NCBI GenBank assembly: GCA_964016885.1
Contig: OZ024741.1
Coordinates: forward strand, 37,200,001-37,264,000
Reading direction: 5' to 3'
Length of the DNA stretch: 64,000 bases
From: Eledone cirrhosa
Lineage: Eukaryota
Position numbers and translations under genes: made by a program
Shown: in pieces, positions 13,847-25,765 of the stretch
Position numbering within the stretch: position 1 is the first letter of the stretch
Layout of the letters: each line of letters opens with the position of its first letter
Notes under the pieces: model-generated
Told to the model about the DNA's origin: nothing
Database searches by the model: none
Seen by the model: only the letters and a program-made list of their open reading frames with translations

Positions 13847-14007
13847 TGTCCCCTACATGCTGGCCCTTGTGGCCAATAAATGAAATCATTATTATTATTG
13901 TCCCCTACATGCTGGCCCTTGTGGCCAATAAATGAAATCATTATTATTATTGTCCCCTACATGCTGGCCCTTGTGGCCAATAAATGAAATCATTATTATT
14001 ATTATTA
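13847..14007 (+). repeat. Three tandem 52-bp Tx1 3'-end units
   Basis: TGTCCCCTACATGCTGGCCCTTGTGGCCAATAAATGAAATC(ATT)n at 13847, 13899 and 13951; matches the Tx1 termini at ~15110, ~15286 and ~21316. Confidence 0.85.
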
Positions 14008-14182
14008 TGTCAGAGGGCGGTGGATTGACAGTATCGGTAGAGGGTCGGACGCCATGCTTTGCAGCATAGTTACGTCCCTTTACGGACTGAGTCAAATCCC
14101 GCCGAGGTTGATAAAATAAAGTACCAGTAATAATTGCTGGCCTTGTGCCAAAAGTAGAAACAATTATTATTGTTATTATTGT

Positions 14183-15150
14183 CTTCAGGCGCTCACTGCC
14201 CTCTGCCAGCTGGGCACCAGTATCGGCGTTCTATAGAGGACTAGTGGAGGGGAAGAGCGACGACGTTCTCAGAGAGATCCTGGGCGTCGAAGAAGATCAG
14301 CTGTTGCTCTCTTCCGGAGAACTTTCAGCCCAGGGCCTATGGATAACTACCAAAAATCCCTGGCCTGGCAGTGCTACCGGGGAGCGCTGCCGATTCGAGA
14401 TAAGCTCTTCAGGCACGGAAGTGCCGTCAGCCGAGCCTGTCCGAGATGCGCGCAGAGCGACGAAACCATCGTGCACGCACTCGTTCAGTGCCCGAGCATT
14501 GCTGACTTGTGGAGCTATGTCGAACAGTTGCTGTCGCGTGTAGGACTGATCCGGTTATCGACTGAGTCCATTGTGCAGATGGTCTCGCCGTCTTCCTTCG
14601 AAGAGGAAGGGCAGGCGGTTTTCATCTGTCTGGTGGCCATAGCGAAAGAGATTGTGTGGTGGACAAAGTTGAAAGGGTTAAAGACAGATACTCTCCTCTT
14701 CGGCGAATCCCTGATTAATTTTTTCAAGTTTCACTTGAAGAGGAAAATCAGAGTGGAGAGGCAAGTGCTGCTTTCTAGCAAGTTTGTTGAAAGGTGGGTG
14801 AATGTAGCGAGAATGGTCCGAGTGAATATACGTCTGTAGTTTGAGGAATGGGAAAAAATTGAGAGAGGGCGCTTGCCCTGGTGGTCAGGGTGGCCGTGGT
14901 CTTTTGTGTGGTTTTCGCCACGTGTAACCCTCGGAGGTTTCCCCCCCTATTGGGGAATTTTTCATTGTTTCAATTTTCATTTTTATTGTTTATATATATA
15001 TATATGCTTCTATGTCCTTTTTTTTCTTTTCTTATATAAATAATAAAAATCTTTACACGCACAAAACCTGTACCGTCCTGTGCCGCCTGTAATGTTTTTC
15101 TTGATGTCAGCCCTTGTGGCCAATAAAGAAATCATTATTATTATTATTAT
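14183..15150 (+). mobile_element. 5'-truncated Tx1-type LINE (ORF2 C-terminus and 3'UTR)
   Basis: CPRCAQSDETIVHALVQC zinc knuckle; homologous to 20440-21370. Confidence 0.9.
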
Positions 15151-15335
15151 TTGTTATATTTGTGCATAGTTTATTTTATATTCTTATATCTTCATTGTTA
15201 AATTAGTCTTGCCATTGTGCATTTTACTCCACCTTATTGTAAACCCCCACTGTCCCTGTCTTTGTATTGTTCCCTACATGTCGGCCCTTGTGGTTAATAA
15301 ATGAAATCATTATTATTATTATTATTATTATTATT
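15151..15335 (+). mobile_element. Tx1-type 3'UTR fragment
   Basis: Ends CCCTACATGTCGGCCCTTGTGGTTAATAAATGAAATC(ATT)n. Confidence 0.75.
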
Positions 15336-15636
15336 GAATGCTATGGTTGACGGAGGCTCGGCTCTGTAAGGTATTGTAAATTTTGAACGCTATAACAATT
15401 GTAAATTGTTTAAAACTTTAACGAACTTGTAGACAAAAACACCCTCCTCCTCGTGAGAGGGGTCTTTCTGCCCGTTATTTGGCCCTTCGGGGTTAAATAA
15501 CTGCTTATTGGGGTTTTGTGCCCAATATTTATTTTAAACAAAAAAAAAACAATATGGCTACGAAAAAGAATTTTCATAGGTCACTCCACTCATTCCGTCT
15601 TCTTCTTCCTCAATCGTCACTACAGCAGAGAGAAGA

Positions 15637-17654
15637 TTGTCTCTCTCCCTCCCTTCTTTAAATGTGTCTCTCTCCCTCCCTTCTCTTTCGCAAGCGACGA
15701 CAAAAAAGAAAAGTCTCGTGCAAAGCGTGCAAGATTTCTCCACGACGACGACGACAACGACGAAACAGGTGTGCGGGAAATACGAAAACCCATTTCATTC
15801 GTCTGACGTCAGGAATAATAGCAGTAGCAGCCGTAATAACAACAGCAACAGTGACAATGAAATCAACAGTAGCAGCCGCAACAGCATCACCAGCAGCATA
15901 AACAACAACAGCATTAGCAGCAGCAACACCAACAACAACCACAGCAACAGCGGCGGAGGCAGTAGTCGTAGTACCTGCAGCAACAACAAAAGTAACAGCA
16001 GCTCTGACGACAACAACAACAACAGTAGCAAAGAAAAACCAATCTCGTTTGCAGGTATCGCAAAGAACCTGGAAACAATCCTCATAACAAATGAGGAATT
16101 AGAGGAAGCGAAGAAGATGGTGACAAAGACTGGACACCGAGCAATCTGCAAGGCAGCGGAAACATTTTTCGAAACCCAACAGCACTGTACGGTCACGTAC
16201 CGTACAGTAAGTACAAAATCCCGTAGGGCTGAAAGAGCCACAGAGGCTCAAATACAAAAAGCCTTGGGGTCTGTGTGGCTGCGGAAAACACACATCATCC
16301 GAGGCAAAAAATATGCCACCGTAGACGTACTTTTTGCCACACCCCAGGAGGCAAAGGCTCAATCCGTAGTGACCCTAAGGAGCGAGGAAATGGTGTTGGT
16401 GCCCTCCTACTGCGGGCAAAAAATTGTGAGGGTCAAACTGACCCCCCCCCTCCCGGGATGGCCCCTTCTTGGCTGGCCGCGTCTGTCCTCGTCGGAATCG
16501 AGGACAAAACAACTGTACTGCAAGTACAGAAAAAAGTAAGAGAAGATTGGGTCGGCACCTCCATTGAGATGTTAATCCAAACCAACCAGGAGTGCATCGA
16601 AGCTATCCCGGATGTAATAGACTTCGATAACGGCACTCAACTGCCCATAAGTGTTGAGGGCAAACGCCCGAAATGCTTTCGCTGTGGATCGAAGACTCAC
16701 CTCAGGGCCTTCTGCAACGAGAAGACCCTGAGAAAGGAGAAAACCCCCCTCCTTCCGAAACCGGCTCCACGGCTACCAGCAACAGGACAAGCGGCAACCA
16801 GGAACGATAGGTCCGTGGCACCCATACCCACGCCACGGAAATCAAAAACAGCAGCAGCAGTGGAAATATTAACAACAACAACAGCAATACCAAATGCAGC
16901 TGCAACAGACACTCCAATGCAAACATCACCAACAACAACAAGTGAAAGAGTGGAGCTGGTACCCCTCCCCGACCTCACAGAATCAGACATGGAGTGTGAG
17001 GTGGGAGAGGGATGGCAAAAGGTCGTAAGAAGGCACAAACGCAGAAACAGCGCATCGTCGCCTTTGAAAAGGGAGGAAAGAAATGAGAAAAGGGTAAAGT
17101 CTACTGCAAAGAGACTCACAGCAGCAACACCACCAGCACCATCACCACCCACACTAGCACCACCATCACCACCGGCGAAAACCCCACCGCCAACAACACC
17201 TTCAACACCACCACCACAAGCACCAACATCGCAAACACAACAACAAAACACACACACCCAGCAACAACGACAAGAAAATAGCAGAACCACACCCAACCCC
17301 CAGAAAAACAAATGCACGGCAATAAATACACACAACAAGAAACTAATGACTTACATAATTGAACACACAGACATTTCACAACACGACTACATAATACCAG
17401 CACCAATCAAAACGCCAACTAACATAAGACTGCTAAAAATAGCACAGAAACAATACACAAACATTAAAACGAAATTCCCCAACGCAGTTGGTGATTTCAG
17501 GGACCTAGGAGGAACTATCAATCGAAGATTATATTCAGACATACTCATAGAAGAGCCGACGACCAGCCGAAGGGACGATTCAACGGACCCTTCACCAGAC
17601 GATCAAGTGAAAAGGGATGTAAAAACCATCCCTCCTCTACGAAAAGTACGGTAA
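15637..17654 (+). pseudogene. Tx1 ORF1 (gag-like) with a frameshift in the poly-C run near 16445; true start uncertain
   Basis: CFRCGSKTHLRAFC zinc knuckle, GWQKVVRRHKRR and a Pro/Thr-rich tail; two overlapping ORFs join at the C-run. Confidence 0.8.
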
Positions 17655-17689
17655 GTGGTCTTTCCCATCTTTTCCACTCTATTTTAAAC

Positions 17690-20600
17690 ATGACCTCACT
17701 CAGAATAGGCAGCATAAATGCGCGTGGCTTGGGGTCGTCATGGAAGCAGGGTCACCTGCTCAACGACCTCATGTCACTAAACATAGATGTAGTGGCCATC
17801 AGCGAGACCAGAATCTCCGAAGCACGGGCCTTCGCACCGATCTTCGGCGGCTACGATGTGTACGCATCTCCCAGCCGTCCTGGATCGGGGGGTGGAGTTG
17901 CTGTGCTTTTTCGGAGAGGTTTGGATCTCGCCATACGGGCCATCTTCCTGGACCCAGAGGGTAAGCTGGTGGTGCTGGACGTGACCAGCGGAGACGGGCA
18001 AGCTTTCAGGCTAATGGCCGTCTATGCCCCGACAGGAGCAGGGCGGCCTGATTTCTTCCGGCGTCTGGAGACCTTTCTTGGAACGTCCCGCTCTTTAGCG
18101 TTAGTGGGCAACTGGAACGGGATCTTAGATGCACACTGGGACTGTGTGGGATTAGCGGATAGGGGTGGAGGGTGCAAGAGCCTCACCAACCTGCTCAGGC
18201 GTTTTGAACTGTCTGACAGGTACCGATTGGATTTCCCGAATGTGCCAATGTGGACTTGGACAAATCGCATAGGGTCATCCAGATTATATCTAGATAGAGT
18301 ATTTTGTAGGGAAATAGATAGGTCTAGCATAGGCTGTCCACAATTCAAGATAGTCAGCTACACGGACCACAAATTCGTGATCTGTGTGCTTGACTTAGAT
18401 AGGCTTCATAGACGAGGACCCGGCTACTGGAAGCTAAACGCGTCCTTACCAGCGCGCAAGGCCTACAGAGACCGGATTAGCGAACTAGTTAAGCGGGCGT
18501 TGACGGGGGCCATCGTCAACAACAAGTGGTGGTTTGCTCTGAAAAGAGCGATTACAATAGAATCCATTAGGTTTAGTAAGGCTTTAGCAATAGAGAAAAA
18601 TAGAGCAGAGGGAGAACTAGTTAGAAAATTAGACGAGGCGCTTAGCAAAGGCATTGCGACCGACGTGCTTGCGGCGAAATGGGCCCTTGACCAATTCTTC
18701 AATGCAAAGCACGAAGGCTGCGTTGTCAGAGCAAGGGTGCGTGCTCTCAGACACGAGGGGACGAAAGTCGTTCAATGGGCCCGAGTGGCGGAGGCGCGTC
18801 GTGGCAACAAAGCCACGATCCGGTCTTTGGTGGACCACGACGGGCGCATGCTACTCGATCCCGGGCAAATGTGTGAAGCTTTTCAGCGACACTTCGCTCA
18901 GCTGTTCGGGGGCAGCGGTGGGCCGGGTCGAGGGATGGACTTTAGTGTCTACCTCGACGGACTGCCGCGGCTCTCGGCCACTGAGACGAAGTGTTGCGAA
19001 AAGCCGATAACAGCCGCTGAAGTAAGGGAGGCAATGACTGGCTGCACAAGGGGTAAATCGCCTGGTTTGGATGGTCTGCCCTATGAACTTTACGTACAGA
19101 TGCCAGACTTGTTCGGAGGCCTCTTGGCGGACGTCTACTGCAACTGGCAACAGAACGGGAGAATTCCCAGTTCTGTGAGCCGAGGAGCGGTGGCACTGCT
19201 GAGAAAGGACCCGAACAAGGGGGATAACATAGATAATTTCCGGCCCATAACTCTGCTAAACACAGAGTTCAAGATTTTGGCCAAGGTGCCAGCAAATAGG
19301 TTGGCGCTTGTCGTTGGTGGTCTGGTGGGAGAGGCGCAGACATGCGCCATTCCCGACAGATCCATCCACGACAACCTCCTCCTCATGCGATACATCGTAG
19401 AGAGGGTAGCTAAGGAACCTGGCACGGGTGGGTCCTTGATCAATTTAGATCAGTCGAAAGCTTTCGATAGGGTCGACCATCGTTACCCAGCGGCAGTCCT
19501 GAGGGCGGCTGGCTTTGGGCCCGTCTTCAGAGGCTGGATCGCTGCCATGCACAGCGACATCTGCTCTGTGGTGAGAGTGAACGGTCACCTGTCGGAACCG
19601 TTCAACATCATGCGCTCGGTCCGCCAAGGATGTCCCCTCTCGTCCCTCTTGTACGTATTGACTCTCGAGCCATTACTGCACAAACTGGAGACGTTGAGGG
19701 GCGTCCCGCGCGAACTAGGATGCGGAAGATCCGTGTCAGCATATGCGGACGATGTCACCGTAGTGGTGTCGAACGCCAAACACATCGAGGCGATCGGCAC
19801 TACACTAAGAGAATACGAAGCGGTGACAGGAGCAATGATCAACCAGGAAAAGTCAGTGGGCCTGCAGCTCGGCACCTGGAGAGGCAGGTCCATGCCGTCC
19901 AACAGCGTCGTCGGACGCTGGACGGACGGACCGGTTAAATTGCTAGGGGTCTGGTTCGGTCCGGACCTCCAGACGGACAAAAACTGGGACGAGGTGACGA
20001 GCAGGGTGGCTTCTCTCACCCAGAAATGGGCGGAGAGGAAGCTATCCCTGAAAGGTCGAGCGGAGGTGGCTAACACGTACATCGCGTCTGTCATCTGCTA
20101 CCGCCTGACCGTCGTACCATGTCCTAAGCCTCGCCTGACTGCGCTGGAGCGTTTGCTCTTTCGCTTTTTGTGGAAGGGACGCACTCCGATGGTCAGGCGG
20201 CCCATCTGTTGTCAACACCCGCTACGTGGAGGGCTGGGCATGCCGTGGCCGATGATGCGCAGGCACGCGCTCAGACTACGACATCTCCACCTCTTCCTCG
20301 ACGGTGATCAGGTGTGGTCGCCGTTTGCTAGACACGTATTTCCCCAGCTCGTTTCCTTGACGGAGCTGAAGTCCTGGGTCAAGCGAAGACCGAGAGGGAG
20401 CGCCTGGAGACCGGCAATGTGATCGGTGGCAATGTGATCGGTGGAAACTCCACCTCGGCGTTCTATAGAGGATTAGTGGAGGGGAAGAGCGACGACGTAC
20501 TTGGGGAAACTCTAGGCGTCGACGAAAATCAACTAGCCAATCTCTTCGGAAGAACTTTCGGGCCAGGGCCTATGGACAACTTCCAGAAATCTCTGGCCTG

Positions 20601-21087
20601 GCAGTGCTACCGAGGAGCCTTGCCAGTTCGGGATAAACTCTACAGGCATGGAGGTGCCGTCAGCCGGGCATGTCCGAGATGCGCGCAGGGCGACGAAACC
20701 GTCCTGCACGCACTCGTCCAGTGTCCGAAAATTGCTGACTTGTGGGTTTATGTCGAACACCTGCTGTCACGTTTAGGACGGATCCGGCTATCATCTGAGT
20801 CCATCGTGAGGATTGCCCCGCCCTCCTCCTTTAGCCGGGAAGGGCAGGCAGTTTTTATCTGTCTGGTGGCCATGGCGAAAGAGATAGTATGGTGGACACG
20901 TTTGAAAGGGCTGAAGACGAGCACTTACCTCTTCGGTGATGCTCTGATTGACTTTTTCAAATTTCATTTGAAAAGGAAAATCAGAGTAGAGAGGGAAGTG
21001 CTCTCTTCCCAGCATTTTGTTGAAAGATGGGTGAGAGAAGCAAGAATGGCCCGAGTGAATGGGTCTACTCTGAGTATATATCTGTAA
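17690..21087 (+). pseudogene. Tx1 ORF2 (AP endonuclease, RT, zinc knuckle), broken near 20420
   Basis: IGSINARGL, AISET, YLDRVF, TDHK, GYWKLN, KSPGLDG, NFRPITLLN, DQSKAFDRV, RQGCPLS, YADD and CPRC..HALVQC. The EN GDFN motif reads GNWN. There is a 15-bp duplication with a frameshift at ~20412-20441. Confidence 0.93.
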
Positions 21088-21336
21088 ATTAAAGGTGGAA
21101 AACTGGGAGAGGGCACTTGCCTTGGTTGTCAGGGTCACTGTGGCCTTTTACTGGGCTTTCTCCACAAATGTCCCTCCGAAGTCTCCCCCCTATTGGGGAA
21201 TTTTTCATTGTTATTTTTTTGTTACATCCTCTGTTTTTGTTTTTTACACGCAGAAATGCCCATTTGTACCGTACTGTATTGTCCTGCACTGTCCTTAATG
21301 TCTACTTTATGTAAACCCTTGTGGTTAATAAAGAAA

Positions 21337-21376
<40 letters not shown>

Positions 21377-21524
21377 ATTTAAAAATCTGTGAATGTTAAT
21401 TATATTGGAATTGTAATGATATAAAAAATACAAGAGTTTTGTGTTGAAATTAGAATCAGCAGTGAAATAACTTTTACTGATGCTCGGATTTTTTCCTTGA
21501 TTTTGGCCATTAACAGCAATTTTT

Positions 21525-22285
21525 ATGTGTCTGTGTGTGTATATCTGTGTGTGTCTGTGTGTGTATGGCTGTGTATGGCTGTGTGTGTCTGTGTGTGTGT
21601 GTCTGTGTGTGTGTGTCTGTGTGTGTCTCTGTGTGCATGGCTGTGTATAGCTGTGTGTGTCTGTGTGTATCTGTGTGTGTCTGTGTGTGTCTGTGTGTGT
21701 CTGTGTGTCTGTGTGTCTGTGTGTGTCTGTATGTGTATGTCTGTGTATGTCTCTGTGTGTATGGCTGTGTATAGCTGTGTGTGTCTGTGTGTGTCTGTGT
21801 GTGTGTATGTGTGTGTATGTGTGTGTATGTGTGTGTATGTGTGTGTATGTGTTTGTCTGTGTGTGTCTGTGTGTGTCTGTGTGTGTCTGTTTGTGTATGG
21901 CTGTGTATGTGTGTGTATATGTGTGTGCCTGTGGCTGTGTGTGGCTGTGTGTATGTGTGTGTATGTGTGTATGTGTGTGTATGTCTGTGTGTGTCTGTGT
22001 GTGCCTGTGTGTGTATGTCAGTGTGTGTCTGTGTGTGTATGTATGTGTTTGTGTCTATATGTGTATGTGTGTATATGTGTGTATGTTTGTGTGTCTGTGT
22101 GTGTATGTGTGTGTATGTATGTTTTTGTGTCTATGTGTGTATGTGTGTATATGTGTGTACGTCTGTGTGTATCTGTGTGTGTCTGTGTGTGTGTTTGTGT
22201 CTATGTGTGTATGTGTGTATATGTGTGTATGTGTATATGTATATATGTATATATGTATATATGTGTATGTATGTGTGTGTGTCAT
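21525..22285. repeat. Degenerate (GT)n/(GTGTCT)n tract
   Basis: Seen directly. Confidence 0.95.
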
Positions 22286-22464
22286 TGATTAAGTCTGATA
22301 AAAGTGTCAAACCTTTTTTTCAATATCAAAGACTGTGGTTATGGATCTTGTGATACATTAAATGTTAGCTGTTGGTTTCTCAGTTCAGAATGTCTGAGAA
22401 ATAACCATCTGCAGTAATTAAGGGTCTGTTACATAAATTCTACACACACACACACACACACACA

Positions 22465-22830
<366 letters not shown>

Positions 22831-22877
22831 AAGATATATATATATATATTATTGGCAACATGACCCTCCCAAAGCAT

Positions 22878-22956
<79 letters not shown>

Positions 22957-23079
22957 TTATTCCGGGTTGAATTGGAGGTAACCACAGTAAGTAAGGTACT
23001 CAATACATTGCAGAGTATAAAAGTTTTAATATAGAAGAGCTTCTATAAGAGTAGAACTGTTTCATTCATGAGAAATCAT

Positions 23080-23179
<100 letters not shown>

Positions 23180-25542
23180 ATATATAAGATCAAAAGATGG
23201 TTAAATGAGTTCCATGTATTTTATTATGCGCATTTTAAAAACAAATATCATCATGCAATAACATTTGTGTTTTCATCAGATAAAATATGAGGACATGATA
23301 TGAAGGTTAAAAACACTGGCCTATATTACCCTTACCATAAAAACAATGAGAACCTAAATTATGTTAATTATAAATCTAACCACCCTACTAATATTAAGAA
23401 TGCTATAGTTAGTAATATTGGAAAAAGAATATCTAACCTATCTTCTAATAAAAACATCTTCGATGCTAACGCCAATTACTATAATAACGCGCTTTCTAAA
23501 GCCGGCTATCCTGATAAAATCAAATATAATAAAGAAACAAATTCTAGAAAATCTTACAGTAGAATAATTAATCATGATCATTCCAATAACCTTAATAAAA
23601 GACCTAGATACAAAAACATAATCTGGTATAATGCTCCTTTCTCCATCTCTATTAATAATAATATTCCTAAATTATTCTTTAGTGCCTGAAATAAATGCTT
23701 CCCTCCCTCACATATCTATAGTAAAATATTTAACAAACACACTATAAAATTTTCCTATTCAACATCCTCCAACATTTCCAACACAACAATAAAATACTAA
23801 ATACTAAATCTCTTCCTTCCAACACTGAATGTCATAATAATAGTAATAGTACTCCCGACCTCATTGTAAACCCTAGGCTAATTTCTGCAAACCCAAATAC
23901 AACGTCAAACACAACTTCGCTAAATGTTCTTAATCCCATTCTAAATCAAGAAACTATTATTCCTATCGCAAATAACTTCTCCAATCCAATTCCTTCTATA
24001 GATAACACTAGGTCACTCGTTAATAATCTCTCTAATTGCAATTGCAATTGCCCTGCTAAAAATAAATGTCCTCTCAACAACCATTGTCTTGATTAAAACT
24101 TAATTTACGAATGTAAAGTTATAACTGACACCAATTCCTTCACCTATTTTGGCTCCACTTCCACCTCCTTTAAAGCTCGTCTTTATAATCATCATTCGTC
24201 TTTTAAATATAAACTTAAAAGAACCAACACGGCTCTCTCAGAACTCATATGGTCCTTGAAAGACAAAAATATTAAATATAACATCTCTTGGAAAAAGGTT
24301 TCTTCTGATGTTCCATACTTGAACAGTTCTCTATCCAAGACTTGCAATCTCTGTCTGAATGAAAAATTTACCATTATATCTAATTTAGATTCTATAATAA
24401 ATAGACGCACTGACTTGTTTTCTCTCTGCTTGCATAAATTCCACAGAACTTTCCATAAAGTATACAGCTAATATCCTAAACTTTATCAATTCAGAATCCT
24501 TTTCTCAAAGGCACATATATATATATATATACTTCTTTAAAAATATACCCATCTTTCTACCTTATTTCAAAGTTATTTATCATATTCTATATCATTCCTA
24601 TTCATCACTTCTCTTTCTTCCTTTTCCTTTTCTTTTCATTTGCTTTTTCTTTTAATTTCTAACCCCTAATCTGTACCTTTTCTCACTGTGCCTAACATAG
24701 AATCAATTATTAAACATACACTATATTCTTACTTTATATCACCTTGAAAAAATCCTTCGTAAACATAAACATTTTTTTTGACGTTAGATTATTCATCCTC
24801 TATTCATTATTTTTTTCTCACTTTCATCTAACTTATTCATGCTCATCTCACAATATATCCTTACTTACATTACTTCTGTGTTTTTTTAATAATACATATC
24901 AACATTTTCTTTCCATCGCACATATTATTAAACCCTTAAAATTATTCTTAATACATATTAACATTTTCTTTCCATCGCACATATTATTAAACCCTTAAAT
25001 ATTATTCTTAATACATATTAACAATTTCTTTTCATCGCACATATTATTAAACCCTTCAATATACAAACCTTAACTTTACATTATTTTTCTCTTCGTTATT
25101 TTTCTCTTCGTTAATTTTCAAATTCTTTTAATTTATACATTATCTTCCAACGGTTTTTCAACCTCTCTATGTAAAACAATATATTTTTCTCAGTTATAAA
25201 AGCTATCTCTCTCTCTCTATCAGCCATCTCTCCTCCTATCTCATCCTTCCTCATTATACTCCCCCCCTCCACTTTTTACTCTCATCTCCTCCTCTTTTTC
25301 ATCCTTTCCAACCTCCCCCCCCCCTCAAAAAAATTTTCCCCAATATCACACATCAATCTAAAACTACTTTTCATATGTTGATTTAAAACTGCACTATCCA
25401 CAAGTGTTTTTAACCTTCATATCATGTCCTCATATTTTATCTGATGAAAACACAAATGTTATTGCATGATGATATTTGTTTTTGAAATGCGCATAATAAA
25501 ATACATGGAACTCATTTAACCATCTTTTGATCTTATATATTA
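23180..25542 (+). mobile_element. Penelope-like element 1 (5'-truncated, inverted pLTR)
   Basis: YVNYKSNHP, IIWYNAPFS, CNC..KNKCPL..HCL, LIYECKV..YFGSTSTSFKARLYNH (GIY-YIG-like) and CNLCLNEK. 23180-23315 is an inverted copy of ~25403-25540. Confidence 0.88.
25433..25503 (+). ncRNA. Minimal type I hammerhead ribozyme motif in the PLE1 pLTR
   Basis: Perfect 8-bp stem [24 protein letters not shown], long stem II, GAAA, TGCGCA palindrome, UA site. Confidence 0.8.
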
Positions 25543-25765
25543 TGTATACTCCAGTCCTACAAACTGTAGAGTGCTTCTTATCTGATATCTGCATTGCTTT
25601 ATTGTACTACAATAAAACTCACCTCCTACATATATATATATATATATATATATGCATATACACACACACATATATATATATACATACATATATATATATA
25701 CACATATATATATGTATATATAAATGTATGTATGTATATATAAATGTTTGTGTATATATATATAT

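Larger units (their letters stand above)
15336..21372 (+). mobile_element. Near full-length Tx1/L1-clade LINE (~6 kb)
   Basis: 5'UTR, ORF1 with a CCHC knuckle, ORF2 with APE-RT-CCHC, AATAAA and an (ATT)n tail; (ATT)n on both sides. Confidence 0.93.

Noticed and set aside
13847-14007. CRISPR-like direct repeats
   Set aside because: The units are contiguous with no unique spacers, match Tx1 3' ends, and no cas genes are present.
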